64,000 bases of DNA. It comes from a virus. Both the position numbers and the translations under genes were made by a program. Of the stretch, positions 47,429-57,738 are shown in pieces (the stretch's first letter is position 1; each line of letters starts with the position of its first letter). The stretch lies in the IMG/VR virus record IMGVR_UViG_3300035157_000972; one strand, written 5' to 3'. The notes below the pieces were generated by a model. It saw only the letters and a list, made by a program, of their open reading frames with translations. It was not told where the DNA came from and did not search any database.

Positions 47429-48268
47429 ATGAGAATCTTAGGAGTAAATCTATCAAATAATGGTTCTATATGTGTGCTCAACAATGGTGAGATAGAATTA
47501 TACTTGGAAGCAGAAAGATTATCGAGAAAGAAAAGGGATTATAATTGTACAAAACTGTTTGGGTTAGTAAAAGATGTGGATAAGATTGCTATAAGTGATG
47601 CCTGTTGGAGTCAAGATAAGAAAAAGTCTCTTATATCTTCAAAGAATATAGCAACGATCAAGAAAAAGTTTCCGAATGCTGAGAGATATGATTTCAGAGA
47701 CAGACATCATCTAACTCATGCTGCCTGTGGATTCTATAACTCAGAGTTTGAAGAAGCAGCAGTCATTATAGTTGACTCAAGTGGATCTAACTTCAAGGAA
47801 GGAGATGAGTGTGAAACTATCATGCATGTCAAGCGAGGTAGAAGATTTCATTGGAAGGTTTTGCACAAGAGATATAATACCGATGATGATTATGGTATAG
47901 GTTTACAGTTTGATATGGTATCAGAGAAATGTAAATGGGGAAGAGAAGAAGCAGGAAAGGTCATGGGTCTTGCACCCTATGGACAATATGTTGATGGACC
48001 ATACTTACACTCATCAAATGAGAACGCTGCTGCTACCATTCAATATGATTGGGAGCAAAGAGCAGTGGAGTTGGTCAAGATAGCATCAGAGAAATGTAAT
48101 AATATTGTTCTGACGGGTGGATGTTTTCTCAATGTTGTGGTAAACTATAAACTATTGAAGGAATTTCCTGATTTGAATTTCTATGTTGACCCGATTGCTT
48201 TCGATGGAGGAACTGCTATCGGATCAGCATATATACTTCACCACAATCCCAAAATAAAATCTTACTAA
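47429..48268 (+). CDS. Carbamoyltransferase N-terminal (Kae1-like) domain, stand-alone
   Basis: EAERLSRKK, HHLTHA, GKVMGLAPYG, TGGCFLNV, DGGTAIG. Confidence 0.9.
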   Translation: MRILGVNLSNNGSICVLNNGEIELYLEAERLSRKKRDYNCTKLFGLVKDVDKIAISDACWSQDKKKSLISSKNIATIKKKFPNAERYDFRDRHHLTHAACGFYNSEFEEAAVIIVDSSGSNFKEGDECETIMHVKRGRRFHWKVLHKRYNTDDDYGIGLQFDMVSEKCKWGREEAGKVMGLAPYGQYVDGPYLHSSNENAAATIQYDWEQRAVELVKIASEKCNNIVLTGGCFLNVVVNYKLLKEFPDLNFYVDPIAFDGGTAIGSAYILHHNPKIKSY

Positions 48269-48269
48269 C

Positions 48270-48521
48270 ATGCCAACATACCCTGTAAAAAATTTGAAGA
48301 CTGGCGAAACTAAAGAGATCATTATGTCCATGAAAGAATATGATCAGTGGAGAAAGGACAACCCTGATTGGGATAAGGACTGGTCACAAGGAGCAGCATC
48401 AGCAGTGAGTGCTACTGGGGATGTTTACAGTAGGACAGATGGAGGATGGAATGAAGTTCTATCAAGAGTCGGTAAAACACCCGGTTCAAATGTAAAACCT
48501 CAGAAAACGGTGCACTTCTAA
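48270..48521 (+). CDS. Conserved hypothetical protein (MPTYP, FmdB-like)
   Basis: MPTYPVKNLKTGE..GWNEVLSRV; usual position before phoH. Confidence 0.8.
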   Translation: MPTYPVKNLKTGETKEIIMSMKEYDQWRKDNPDWDKDWSQGAASAVSATGDVYSRTDGGWNEVLSRVGKTPGSNVKPQKTVHF

Positions 48522-49282
48522 TGCCTGCTAGAAAGAAGAAGACTTCCAATCAAGTTGGGGTAGGTATGACTGCCAAACAAATTAGGAGGAAGAAACCTTA
48601 CAATGCTGACATGATGATTCCCATCGAGGCATTGACTGAGAATCAGAAAAAACTATTTGCATCACTCAATGAAGGTAAGAATGTATACACGTACGGAGTG
48701 GCAGGAACTGGTAAAACTTTTGTGGTTTTATATCATGCCCTCAAGGAAGTCCTCGATCCTATTACACCATATAACAGGATTGTAATAGTAAGGTCTCTTG
48801 TATCTACAAGAGAGATAGGTTTCCTACCCGGTGACCATGATGATAAGTCAGCACTATACCAGATACCATACAAAAATATGGTCAAGTATATGTTTGAGTT
48901 ACCTACAGACAGTGAGTTTGAAATGTTGTGGGGTAATCTCAAGACACAGGAGAGTGTCAAGTTTTGGTCAACCAGTTTTGTTAGAGGCACAACACTTGAT
49001 GACTGCATCATGATAGTTGATGAGTGTCAGAACTTGAATTTTCATGAGTTAGATAGTATAATAACAAGAGTAGGAGAGAACTGTAAGATCCACTTCTGTG
49101 GTGACGCTGCACAAACCGACTTAGTAAAAACAAATGAGAAGAATGGTATCCTTGACTTCATGAAAATACTTGCAGCAATGCCTGAGTTTGATTCTATTGA
49201 ATTTGGTATTGAAGATATAGTAAGATCAGGATTAGTCAAGAGTTATATTCTCAACAAACTGGCAATGAGTATTGATGTTTAA
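48521..49282 (+). CDS. phoH: PhoH-family ATPase
   Basis: GVAGTGKT, IGFLPG, RGTTL, DECQN, GDAAQTD. Confidence 0.96.
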   Translation: MPARKKKTSNQVGVGMTAKQIRRKKPYNADMMIPIEALTENQKKLFASLNEGKNVYTYGVAGTGKTFVVLYHALKEVLDPITPYNRIVIVRSLVSTREIGFLPGDHDDKSALYQIPYKNMVKYMFELPTDSEFEMLWGNLKTQESVKFWSTSFVRGTTLDDCIMIVDECQNLNFHELDSIITRVGENCKIHFCGDAAQTDLVKTNEKNGILDFMKILAAMPEFDSIEFGIEDIVRSGLVKSYILNKLAMSIDV

Positions 49283-49940
49283 TCATGTAGAGTGTGATCT
49301 TCCTGCACTATCAAGGAAGACTATCGATGGTGTCAGATATTATTCGGTTGATGATAGACCGATGGTATCCATTACTTCTGTCACATCATATTGGAACCGA
49401 GAGATCTTCAAGAAATGGAGAGCAAGAGTTGGTGAGGAGGAAGCAAACCGAATCACTAAGAAGGCAACCAATCGTGGCACGAAAACTCACGAGTTGATAG
49501 AGCACTTCCTACTCAATGAAGAGGTTGTATTAGACAACCCTAGTACTAAGATGTTATTCACTCAAGCAAAAAAAGAGTTGAAAAACATAAATAACATCTA
49601 TGCGTTAGAGAAATCTCTATACAGCAGAGAATTAGGAGTAGCAGGGACGGTAGATTGCATCGCAGAATACAAGGGAGAACTTGCAATCATCGACTTCAAA
49701 ACTGCAGAGAAACCTAAACCTGTTGATTGGATCGAGAACTATTTTGTACAGGCAGCAGCATATGCTTGTATGTTCTATGAGATTACAGACATCCCCGTCA
49801 AGAAACTTGTCATTCTCATGACATGCACCAACGGAGAGGTGAAAGTTTACGAAGAGTATGATAAAATGAAATATATGAGAAAACTTGTCCAGTACATCCA
49901 ACTATTTGTCGAGGAAAAACTAAATGAAATCCAAAAGTGA
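49275..49940 (+). CDS. PD-(D/E)XK exonuclease
   Basis: RGTKTH, AGTVDC, IIDFKT, YFVQAAAY. Confidence 0.9.
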   Translation: MFNHVECDLPALSRKTIDGVRYYSVDDRPMVSITSVTSYWNREIFKKWRARVGEEEANRITKKATNRGTKTHELIEHFLLNEEVVLDNPSTKMLFTQAKKELKNINNIYALEKSLYSRELGVAGTVDCIAEYKGELAIIDFKTAEKPKPVDWIENYFVQAAAYACMFYEITDIPVKKLVILMTCTNGEVKVYEEYDKMKYMRKLVQYIQLFVEEKLNEIQK

Positions 49941-50187
49941 AGTCAAAGAAATGATCAAAAAGAACTTTCTCTGCTCAGAGAAGTTTGCAATGGAGATCGA
50001 GAAACTGGTCAAAGAAAATGAATCTATGAATTACATAGAGGCAATTTGTCATTACTGTGAGGAGAACAGTATAGAGATTGATAACGTCAACAAACTCATA
50101 TCAAAACCATTGAAAGAAAAGTTGAAGTGTAATGCTATCAACCTAAACTATCTGAAGAGGACATCTAAAGCAAAGTTCACAATGTGA
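49924..50187 (+). CDS. gp33: Late-transcription coactivator gp33
   Basis: FAMEIE..YIEAICHYCE..ISKPLKEKL..LNYLK. Confidence 0.9.
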   Translation: MKSKSEVKEMIKKNFLCSEKFAMEIEKLVKENESMNYIEAICHYCEENSIEIDNVNKLISKPLKEKLKCNAINLNYLKRTSKAKFTM

Positions 50188-51104
50188 AACCGAAGTTATT
50201 ATTATGTCCCGGCACAGGTTACTCTGCCACGACACCCCTATACTATACTCTGGCAGTAAACCATAAGTATTGTCATGGGGGTTTTGATAAAGAATACGAA
50301 CTATTACCTACACTATACTATAAAAAATCGAATAGGTTGAAGGACTACCTATATCATTATAAGTATAGATTCAAAAGACATCAGAACATTCAATCTTTTG
50401 ATAACGGAACATATAAAAAGTATGGTTTCAAAAGAGAAAGGCATCCCGAAGTAGATTATAATAATCCATATACAAAATTAGATCCTGAGTATTACTATAA
50501 TCGTCCTGTAACTCTTGAAAAATACATCAAGTATTATAAAGAACTGTATGATAATATAAAAGATGTCTATCAAAGTGGTTGTGATTTCACCACAGCAAAT
50601 GGTAATCTACCACTATGGTTCTTACAAAAAATTGCACCAGAATTACAGGAACATTTTGATATAAAGGTATTGATTATCAACAGGGATCCTGTAAGAAGAC
50701 TTTTTAGTGAGGTAAACGTAAGGTATCAGAAAGATTCTTATGGATTTTCATCTGCAACACAGATGTTCTTTTACGTTCTTGACAATCCTACAGGCAGACA
50801 CTTTGGACTGCATAGACAGTATGAGAACTTCAATGTGTTATCATATCATACAGATGTAGTATCAAATTATTCTCAAGTATTTTCAGATGTATTAGAGATT
50901 TCAATGGAGAGTTTCTGGGATGGTGAAGATCTAGTATCCGATTTTTTAGGGTATAAAATTGAGCATCTATATAATAATTGCTATCATCCCTTCATGGGTT
51001 CCAACCCACCACACTACAGATACCTAGCAGATCAATGGATGTCTGATAAAGAAGAACTAACGGAGGAGGATTATGACAGAGCAAAATTATATTGGCATAG
51101 GTAA
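50184..51104 (+). CDS. Sulfotransferase-fold (P-loop) protein
   Basis: GTGYSATTPLY 5'-PSB-like loop, KE, RDPVRRLFS 3'-PB motif. Confidence 0.65.
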   Translation: MKPKLLLCPGTGYSATTPLYYTLAVNHKYCHGGFDKEYELLPTLYYKKSNRLKDYLYHYKYRFKRHQNIQSFDNGTYKKYGFKRERHPEVDYNNPYTKLDPEYYYNRPVTLEKYIKYYKELYDNIKDVYQSGCDFTTANGNLPLWFLQKIAPELQEHFDIKVLIINRDPVRRLFSEVNVRYQKDSYGFSSATQMFFYVLDNPTGRHFGLHRQYENFNVLSYHTDVVSNYSQVFSDVLEISMESFWDGEDLVSDFLGYKIEHLYNNCYHPFMGSNPPHYRYLADQWMSDKEELTEEDYDRAKLYWHR

Positions 51105-52482
51105 TGCACTGCACGACACAAGTATCGCTGCACTGATTAATGGCGAGTTCAAATATAGGAAGAGTGAACGTGCATTTGGAATCAAACACCATCAAGCAGA
51201 TGATAAGTGGTTCAAATCTGTACTAGATGAGTGGGGTGTTGATGAAAAGAATTCAAAGATTGTATATACTGACTCAGGTAAAAAAAGATTTGGTAGAAGA
51301 GTAAGAAAACCATACCACGGTGAAGATTATGTAGTAGAGGGTGATAGGATCTGTCTCGATCATCACACAGCACATGTGTATTCTGCACAATCATATGCTT
51401 CACAGCATGCTGTCTTTGATGGTAGAGGATCAGGTGGTTATGGTGGTAGATGGACGGGTCTGACTATATCAGCAGACGGTCAGAAGAGATATAAAAATCT
51501 ATCGATTGGTAAGTTCCTATCTTATGTGGGATATGCTATGGAATTCAAAGGTATGGAGGTAGATTTTCCCGGAAAGATTATGGGTCTACAGGCATACGGA
51601 ACTCCTGACATGGAATTAGCAAGACAGATAAACTCTGATAATATTCTTGACTTATGTGGTGAGTGGATTCATAAAGGTATTGATAGTAAAGATTCAAAGT
51701 TCCAAGACTTCGTGGCAACTGTGCATAAGGCATGTGAACTCATACAGTTAGAATATTTCAAGGTGTTTGACCCAAGTAAAAAGATTTCTTGCTCCGGTGG
51801 TGTGATGTTGAACACAGTTATCAACACCGAACTAAGAAAGACATATGATTTAGACATATTACCGCATGTATATGATGGTGGTCTTAGTATTGGTGCACTC
51901 AGGTATGCTGTTGGTCATAACTTTGACATGGGTAAGTTTCCATACTGTCAAGATGATTATGAACCAGAAGAAGTTACTGATCAGACTATTGAAGAAGCAG
52001 CAGAACTTTTAGCACAGGGTAAAATTATTGGGTGGTATCAAGGACATGGTGAGATAGGACCTAGGGCATTAGGTAACAGAAGTATCCTCATGAATCCAAT
52101 GATCAAAGATGGTAAAGAAATATTGAACTCCCGTGTCAAGAAAAGAGAATGGTGGAGACCATTCGGAGCATCAGTATTGAAAGATAAGGCAGCAGATTAT
52201 TTTGACATCGAGGACTCTCCATACATGTTATACAATGCAAAAGTAAAACAATCTGGACTTGATCCTATCACTCATGTGGATGGCACTTGCAGACATCAGA
52301 CTGTCACATACGAATCGAATCCAAAATACTATGAGTTGATCAGTGCCTTTGAGAAAAAGACTGGTTGTCCTATTCTTCTCAATACATCTTTGAATATAGG
52401 AGGTAAACCAATAGCGGGAACCCCAGAGGATGCAGATGTATCTGGTCTAGATGCTTTGATTATAGGGAATCAGATTATCTGA
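51073..52482 (+). CDS. Full-length NodU/CmcH-type carbamoyltransferase
   Basis: HDTS, HHTAH, GKIMGLQAYG, GPRALGNRSIL, KKREWWRPFG, LNTSLN. Confidence 0.92.
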   Translation: MTEQNYIGIGNALHDTSIAALINGEFKYRKSERAFGIKHHQADDKWFKSVLDEWGVDEKNSKIVYTDSGKKRFGRRVRKPYHGEDYVVEGDRICLDHHTAHVYSAQSYASQHAVFDGRGSGGYGGRWTGLTISADGQKRYKNLSIGKFLSYVGYAMEFKGMEVDFPGKIMGLQAYGTPDMELARQINSDNILDLCGEWIHKGIDSKDSKFQDFVATVHKACELIQLEYFKVFDPSKKISCSGGVMLNTVINTELRKTYDLDILPHVYDGGLSIGALRYAVGHNFDMGKFPYCQDDYEPEEVTDQTIEEAAELLAQGKIIGWYQGHGEIGPRALGNRSILMNPMIKDGKEILNSRVKKREWWRPFGASVLKDKAADYFDIEDSPYMLYNAKVKQSGLDPITHVDGTCRHQTVTYESNPKYYELISAFEKKTGCPILLNTSLNIGGKPIAGTPEDADVSGLDALIIGNQII

Positions 52483-53681
52483 TGGGAGTTTATTGTAAGT
52501 TACCGTTCACTCATATCTTTAGTGATTCATATGGTATTATGATGCCATGTTGTTATGCACATGCAGATCATCCATACAAATCAGATAGACCCGGTGACTT
52601 CCCAACTGCTTCTGTTGAAGATGGGATACTAAACTATTGGAAATCTCCTGAGATGAGTCAACTAAGACTTGACATGATGAAAGGAGAGATGTCTGACACA
52701 ATGAATAGTGTATGTCAACAATGCATATACAATGAGAAAGCAGGACTCCCATCTCATAGGATACCATCTGACACTGTGCCCCTTGGAAGAGTTCTTGATA
52801 TCAAGTTGAGATTGTTTGGTAACTCATGCAATCTTTCATGCTACATGTGTAACATCAAGAACTCTAGTTACAGAATAAGTCAGACTGAAAAGATGATGGA
52901 GCACACACCGGAGGTGAGAGAGTATCTTGCTTACGATGACCTACCAGAATATCTAAAGAAAGATGGTGGGTTTGATTTACTATCACATAGTCCGGAGGTT
53001 TTTGAAAGGTTGATGTTAGATATCAAAAAACTAGCATCAAAAATAAAATCTATTACTATTATTGGTGGTGAACCAATGATATTACCATCACACTATAAAG
53101 TTTTAGATGTATTGGTGGAGTCTGGACACTCTGATAAAATTACATTGAGTTATGATTCTAACCTGACTAGACTTCAATGGAAAGGTTGTAAGATATTAGA
53201 TTATTTTGACAGGTTCAAGTCTGTAGATATCAAGTGGTCGATAGAAGGTGTCGGTAAGTATGATGAGTACATAAGATTCCCAACTAAGTGGGAGATTGTG
53301 GAGGAAAATTTTGATATCATTTCTACTCATCCTAAAGTAAATATTACTGCCAATACCACCATTCAATTACTATCAGTTATAAACTTTGATATACTTGTAG
53401 AATATCTTACGAAGAGAGGAATGCAAATAAAATTCATTCCTGTTGACACCCCACAAGTTGTTTCTCTTGGATATCTACATCCAAATGTACGTAAGCGATT
53501 ATCTAATAAATATCGAGGTACAGAACTTGAATTTATTTGTCAGGAACTTGATAAAAATTATGATGATTGGGAGGAGAGATGGGAGAAAGCAATAAAGTAT
53601 CTCAACTCAATTGATTATGTCAATGGAACAAATTGGAAGGAAACATTCCCAGAACTGTGTGATCTGTCTGAAGATAGGTAA
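52482..53681 (+). CDS. Radical SAM protein with N-terminal twitch/SPASM-like domain
   Basis: CKLPF..PCC..CQQC, then CNLSCYMC and GGEP. Confidence 0.88.
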   Translation: MGVYCKLPFTHIFSDSYGIMMPCCYAHADHPYKSDRPGDFPTASVEDGILNYWKSPEMSQLRLDMMKGEMSDTMNSVCQQCIYNEKAGLPSHRIPSDTVPLGRVLDIKLRLFGNSCNLSCYMCNIKNSSYRISQTEKMMEHTPEVREYLAYDDLPEYLKKDGGFDLLSHSPEVFERLMLDIKKLASKIKSITIIGGEPMILPSHYKVLDVLVESGHSDKITLSYDSNLTRLQWKGCKILDYFDRFKSVDIKWSIEGVGKYDEYIRFPTKWEIVEENFDIISTHPKVNITANTTIQLLSVINFDILVEYLTKRGMQIKFIPVDTPQVVSLGYLHPNVRKRLSNKYRGTELEFICQELDKNYDDWEERWEKAIKYLNSIDYVNGTNWKETFPELCDLSEDR

Positions 53682-54342
53682 GTTATATTCACATGACTAT
53701 GTAAATAACCTATACAAAGCGATCAGAAAACAAACTGATCATGATGTCTTATGTTTTACCGATGATCCCACTGGGATACACCCTGACATTTACACTTATG
53801 ACATGCAACCAAGAGTCAGTGAAGGATGGTGGCCAACGTGGAGTAAGATAGAGATATTTGGTAGAGATGAACTCTTGAGATATGAACGTAAGTTTTATTT
53901 TGATCTAGATCTTATCATACAAGGTGATATATCACCAATCTTTGAGTCGAAGGAGGATTGGGCAGCAATCAGAGCGACATGGAAGGGTATAAAATTTAGA
54001 ATGAATCCAAACGAATCCGTAATCAATACCAGTGTCATGACTTGGTTAGATATTAGATGGATCTATGAGAAATGGGAATCTGATTGGAGAAACATAGTAA
54101 AGACATACAGAGGCACTGATCATTGGTATCATTTGAATGGGTTGACTCCTACGACTCACCCAAAAATATTTTATTCCTATCGTGAGGGATCTAAACCATC
54201 ACATTACTGGGACAATAATAAGAAACCTTATCTACAGTATCAACCAGAGTATTCGGTGTGTCTATTTCACCAGAAACCTGAGATACATGAACTAGATAAA
54301 GATAGTAAACTCTATCGGATTTGGAATGAAACAATTTCATAG
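53659..54342 (+). CDS. GT-A fold glycosyltransferase-like protein
   Basis: ICLKIGKLYSHDYVNNL, CFTDD, WSKIEIF, YFDLD. Confidence 0.75.
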   Translation: MICLKIGKLYSHDYVNNLYKAIRKQTDHDVLCFTDDPTGIHPDIYTYDMQPRVSEGWWPTWSKIEIFGRDELLRYERKFYFDLDLIIQGDISPIFESKEDWAAIRATWKGIKFRMNPNESVINTSVMTWLDIRWIYEKWESDWRNIVKTYRGTDHWYHLNGLTPTTHPKIFYSYREGSKPSHYWDNNKKPYLQYQPEYSVCLFHQKPEIHELDKDSKLYRIWNETIS

Positions 54343-55231
54343 ATTTTATAGAGAAAACTTCGGAAGTTATACTGAATCTGACAAACCTGTATTCAGAACT
54401 GTCAATGTGCATGCACATAATGGATGCAACTTAGCATGCAAAGGATGTAATCATAATAGTAGTGTGCTTGCACCCGGAAGTGGTATCTTGGTTGATCAAA
54501 TGCTTGATGATCTACAAAGTATTCTACCAAGGATTCATATCTATAGTCATATAAGTTTGCTAGGTGGAGAACCACTATTAGAACCAAGATGCGAGGAGAT
54601 TCTTACTAAGATAGAGGAGTTAGTTGAATGTAGAGTAAAGTTATTTTCTAATGCCCTCCTTCTTCATAAGAATCATGATTGGATAATCGATCACATGAAA
54701 CGGGGAACAACTCTAAGGTTGAGTATGCATGTTAGTCCTGTAAGTAAATTAGGGAAACAGAATTATAAAAATGTAAAAGACTTTATTGAATATGCAGAGG
54801 ACAAGGTAGATCTAGATTCAACTCTTGAGATTAGTGAACCATGGGATGAGAAATGGTTTGACATGCTCAAGTGGGAGGACAATAAGTTTCATCCTCACGA
54901 AAACAATGATCTAGAGAGTAGTTGGAGTCACTGCTCATGTCCTCAAATGCAGATATATAATGGGCATCTCTGGAAATGTGCTAGTATAGCTTATCTAAGA
55001 GAAACACTTGGATCTACACAGCAGTTAGATGATCCTGCATGGCAGAAGTATCTAAAGTATAAACCCACTCGTGCAGATGCTCCCATAGAGGACATCTACA
55101 AGATGGCAGACGGTCAAAACTATGCACATTCAATTTGTAATATGTGTCCTGCTAATCCTAAATGGTTCAGAGCATACAGACAATTGGCAGGTGTGAAACA
55201 AGTCGTACCTCAAACCAAAATCGACTTTTAG
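54326..55231 (+). CDS. Radical SAM protein with C-terminal Cys cluster
   Basis: CNLACKGC, LGGEPLL, C..WKC..ICNMC. Confidence 0.88.
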   Translation: MKQFHRFYRENFGSYTESDKPVFRTVNVHAHNGCNLACKGCNHNSSVLAPGSGILVDQMLDDLQSILPRIHIYSHISLLGGEPLLEPRCEEILTKIEELVECRVKLFSNALLLHKNHDWIIDHMKRGTTLRLSMHVSPVSKLGKQNYKNVKDFIEYAEDKVDLDSTLEISEPWDEKWFDMLKWEDNKFHPHENNDLESSWSHCSCPQMQIYNGHLWKCASIAYLRETLGSTQQLDDPAWQKYLKYKPTRADAPIEDIYKMADGQNYAHSICNMCPANPKWFRAYRQLAGVKQVVPQTKIDF

Positions 55232-55285
55232 TTTACCAGATTCCGGAAAAAAAATCCCGGCAAATTTTTACCCCCTAGGTTTTTT
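55218..55285 (+). repeat. Dispersed ~70-bp element, copy B
   Basis: AAATCGACTTTTA..CCGGAAAAAAAATCCCGGCAAATTTTT..TAGGTTTTTT. Confidence 0.75.
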
Positions 55286-56245
55286 ATGAGAGTATTAGTG
55301 ACAGGTGGATGTGGATTCATAGGACACAGAGTTGTGCACCTGCTTGAGAAACAAGGACATGATGTTCTGATTGTAGATAATCATACCACCTATGGGTCAA
55401 TTCAGTCTGACGAGTTAGTAGATCTTGTAAGGGAAAGAAAAAGATTTATAAAATCTAATGTATTGACGACAGATATTTGTGACTTTGTAGCATTATATAA
55501 AGCAATAGAATTTGATCCTGATGTGGTGGTGCATCTAGCATCATTCCCTAGACAGAAAAGTGTTGACATCAATCCTCAAGAGGGTGTCAAGACTATGATG
55601 GAAGGTCTCTTGAATGTCTTAGAAATATCTAAGAACAGAAGATTGATTTATATCTCATCATCTATGGTGTATGGTGATATGGATGGTCCTGCTAGAGAAG
55701 ATGATCCATGTACTCCGAAAGGTCTGTATGCTATCATGAAGTATACTGGTGAGAAGATGGTGAAGGATTATGGTAGAAGATTTGGTATGGAATATAATAT
55801 TATAAGGCCATCAGCAGTTTATGGTCCTCGTGATGTTGGTGATAGAGTGATTGCAAAATTCCTACTCAATGCTAGGATAGGCAAACCACTCATAGTCAAT
55901 GGTGTAGAAGAGAAACTAGATTTTAGTTTTGTAGATGACACCGCCAGTGGTATCTGTAGAGTTGTAAATCTTGGTTTACCAAATGAGACTTATAATATAA
56001 CAAGGGGGCAGGCAAGAACAATTTATGATGCAGCATGCTGTGTGATAGATATGGTTGGTGATGGTGAGGTAATAGTTCAAGAAAAAGATGGCAAGTTTCC
56101 TAGCAGAGATGCCCTATGCATCGATAAAGCAAGGGAACAACTCGATTACAATCCAACAACAAACTTAGAGGAGGGTTTACAAATTTATTATGACTGGTTC
56201 ACAGAGTTCTACGATCACGTTCACTGGTTTACAGCGTCAGTATAA
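55286..56245 (+). CDS. NAD-dependent epimerase/dehydratase
   Basis: TGGCGFIG, SSSMVYG, YAIMK. Confidence 0.9.
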   Translation: MRVLVTGGCGFIGHRVVHLLEKQGHDVLIVDNHTTYGSIQSDELVDLVRERKRFIKSNVLTTDICDFVALYKAIEFDPDVVVHLASFPRQKSVDINPQEGVKTMMEGLLNVLEISKNRRLIYISSSMVYGDMDGPAREDDPCTPKGLYAIMKYTGEKMVKDYGRRFGMEYNIIRPSAVYGPRDVGDRVIAKFLLNARIGKPLIVNGVEEKLDFSFVDDTASGICRVVNLGLPNETYNITRGQARTIYDAACCVIDMVGDGEVIVQEKDGKFPSRDALCIDKAREQLDYNPTTNLEEGLQIYYDWFTEFYDHVHWFTASV

Positions 56246-57167
56246 GTTTCTTCGAGATCAAATACTAGAAGCGACTGATCATGTTTACTCGACTGGTCAG
56301 CATATGTTGGGTCCAAATACAAGATACTTTGAGCAGTGGTTGACAAAGAAGAACAAGCAACCCACACTCACAGTAGATAATGGTACACAGGCACTAGAAA
56401 TTGTAGCAGAGTGGTATAAGAAAACTTATGATGGCACTGTATATCTTCCTGCATTCTCATTCATTGCTACAGACAATGCCTTCAAGAGAGTGGGTTGTAA
56501 GATAAAGTATGTTGAGGTAGATGAATATGGATTGATGCAAGATGCACATGCAGAGGAGTGGACAGATCTTGTTGTATTGGTAGGATTGTATGGAGCAGCA
56601 CTCAAACCACAGAAAGGAATCATATGTGAAGATGGTGCACAGAATTGGACAGGTAATGGATTCAAAAGAATCGGTGACATATGTACAATGTCATTCGACC
56701 CAATGAAAAACCTACCCAATTATGGGAATGGTGGTGCTATTTGCACAACTATACCTGAGTTGTATGAGTTTATAAAAAACTTCCGTCACCATCATCATCC
56801 AAAGTACACAGATGTAGCAACTAATTCAAAGATGAGTGAGTTAGATTGTGCATGCATGATGATCAAGGCAAAGTATTTGGAGGAGTGGGAAAGAAGGAGA
56901 AAGGAGATTGCTAAGTATTGGATGGAGAATTGTAAGTATAAGGTATTGATAAATGATTTGTACTCACATGCTGTACAGAAGTTTGTCATTCAACTTGATG
57001 ATAGGGATGACTTTAGAGAGAAAGTATGTTATCCTACTAGAATCAACTATCCATACACACTAGCACCTACAGAGAATGCAGTGAAGTTATCGAAGACAGT
57101 TGTATCGTTACCAATTTATCCTGAGTTGACAGATGCTGAAGTCGAGATTATCAATGACACCCTTTGA
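56190..57167 (+). CDS. DegT/DnrJ/EryC1/StrS sugar aminotransferase
   Basis: NGTQAL, EDGAQ, SFDPMKNL (PLP Lys), SLPIYPEL. Confidence 0.9.
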   Translation: MTGSQSSTITFTGLQRQYKFLRDQILEATDHVYSTGQHMLGPNTRYFEQWLTKKNKQPTLTVDNGTQALEIVAEWYKKTYDGTVYLPAFSFIATDNAFKRVGCKIKYVEVDEYGLMQDAHAEEWTDLVVLVGLYGAALKPQKGIICEDGAQNWTGNGFKRIGDICTMSFDPMKNLPNYGNGGAICTTIPELYEFIKNFRHHHHPKYTDVATNSKMSELDCACMMIKAKYLEEWERRRKEIAKYWMENCKYKVLINDLYSHAVQKFVIQLDDRDDFREKVCYPTRINYPYTLAPTENAVKLSKTVVSLPIYPELTDAEVEIINDTL

Positions 57168-57738
57168 CACCTATAAAATATATCTTGCAATGAAGAGTCA
57201 CTTCACCAGAGAGAAGTATGATTACTTCCAGTATGGTGGTAAGACTAATGCTAGTGTAGATTCATTTTATAAAAGAAAGGACAGATATTTTTTCGAGAAA
57301 ACATCAAGGAAGTATCCAGATGAGGAGGTCAAACAATTCTTTGTTGCTAATTTTGTAGAGTCAACTGATCCTCAAAGTCTTTGGATAGGGACAATCGCTA
57401 GGACAGGTGATGCAAATTACTCAGCATGGCAGAAGAGACAGCAGAGTTTATACTATAAGTTTACTCAAGAGATAGATGAATTATGTAAAGTTCCTTTTGC
57501 AGAGTGGTTCACAGGTAAAGGTCATCCACACATACTCAAGTGTCATCTAAGAGATGAGTTGAGTATTGAGAATATGATAATTTTAGATAAGGTCTTTGGA
57601 TATAAGAAGAACTTTGATAAGACTTTGACTGACCCTGTATGGGAGAAAATTAGTATGAAAATGCATAAGTATTCACCGTTTCTAAATATTGATATATTTA
57701 AATACAAAACTTATCTAAAGGAACAACTGTATGAGTAA
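57154..57738 (+). CDS. gp59: Helicase loader gp59
   Basis: YKIYLAMKSHF..YDYFQYGGK..KRKDRYFFEK. Confidence 0.92.
   Translation: MTPFDTYKIYLAMKSHFTREKYDYFQYGGKTNASVDSFYKRKDRYFFEKTSRKYPDEEVKQFFVANFVESTDPQSLWIGTIARTGDANYSAWQKRQQSLYYKFTQEIDELCKVPFAEWFTGKGHPHILKCHLRDELSIENMIILDKVFGYKKNFDKTLTDPVWEKISMKMHKYSPFLNIDIFKYKTYLKEQLYE

Noticed and set aside
49275-49940. Cas4/CRISPR system
   Set aside because: Ordinary T4-like exonuclease beside phoH; no repeat-spacer array or other cas genes seen
41256-52482. Saxitoxin-like toxin cluster (amidinotransferase, carbamoyltransferase, sulfotransferase, oxygenases)
   Set aside because: No sxtA-like PKS core; the genes are scattered among sugar and core phage genes; only broad enzyme families are shared
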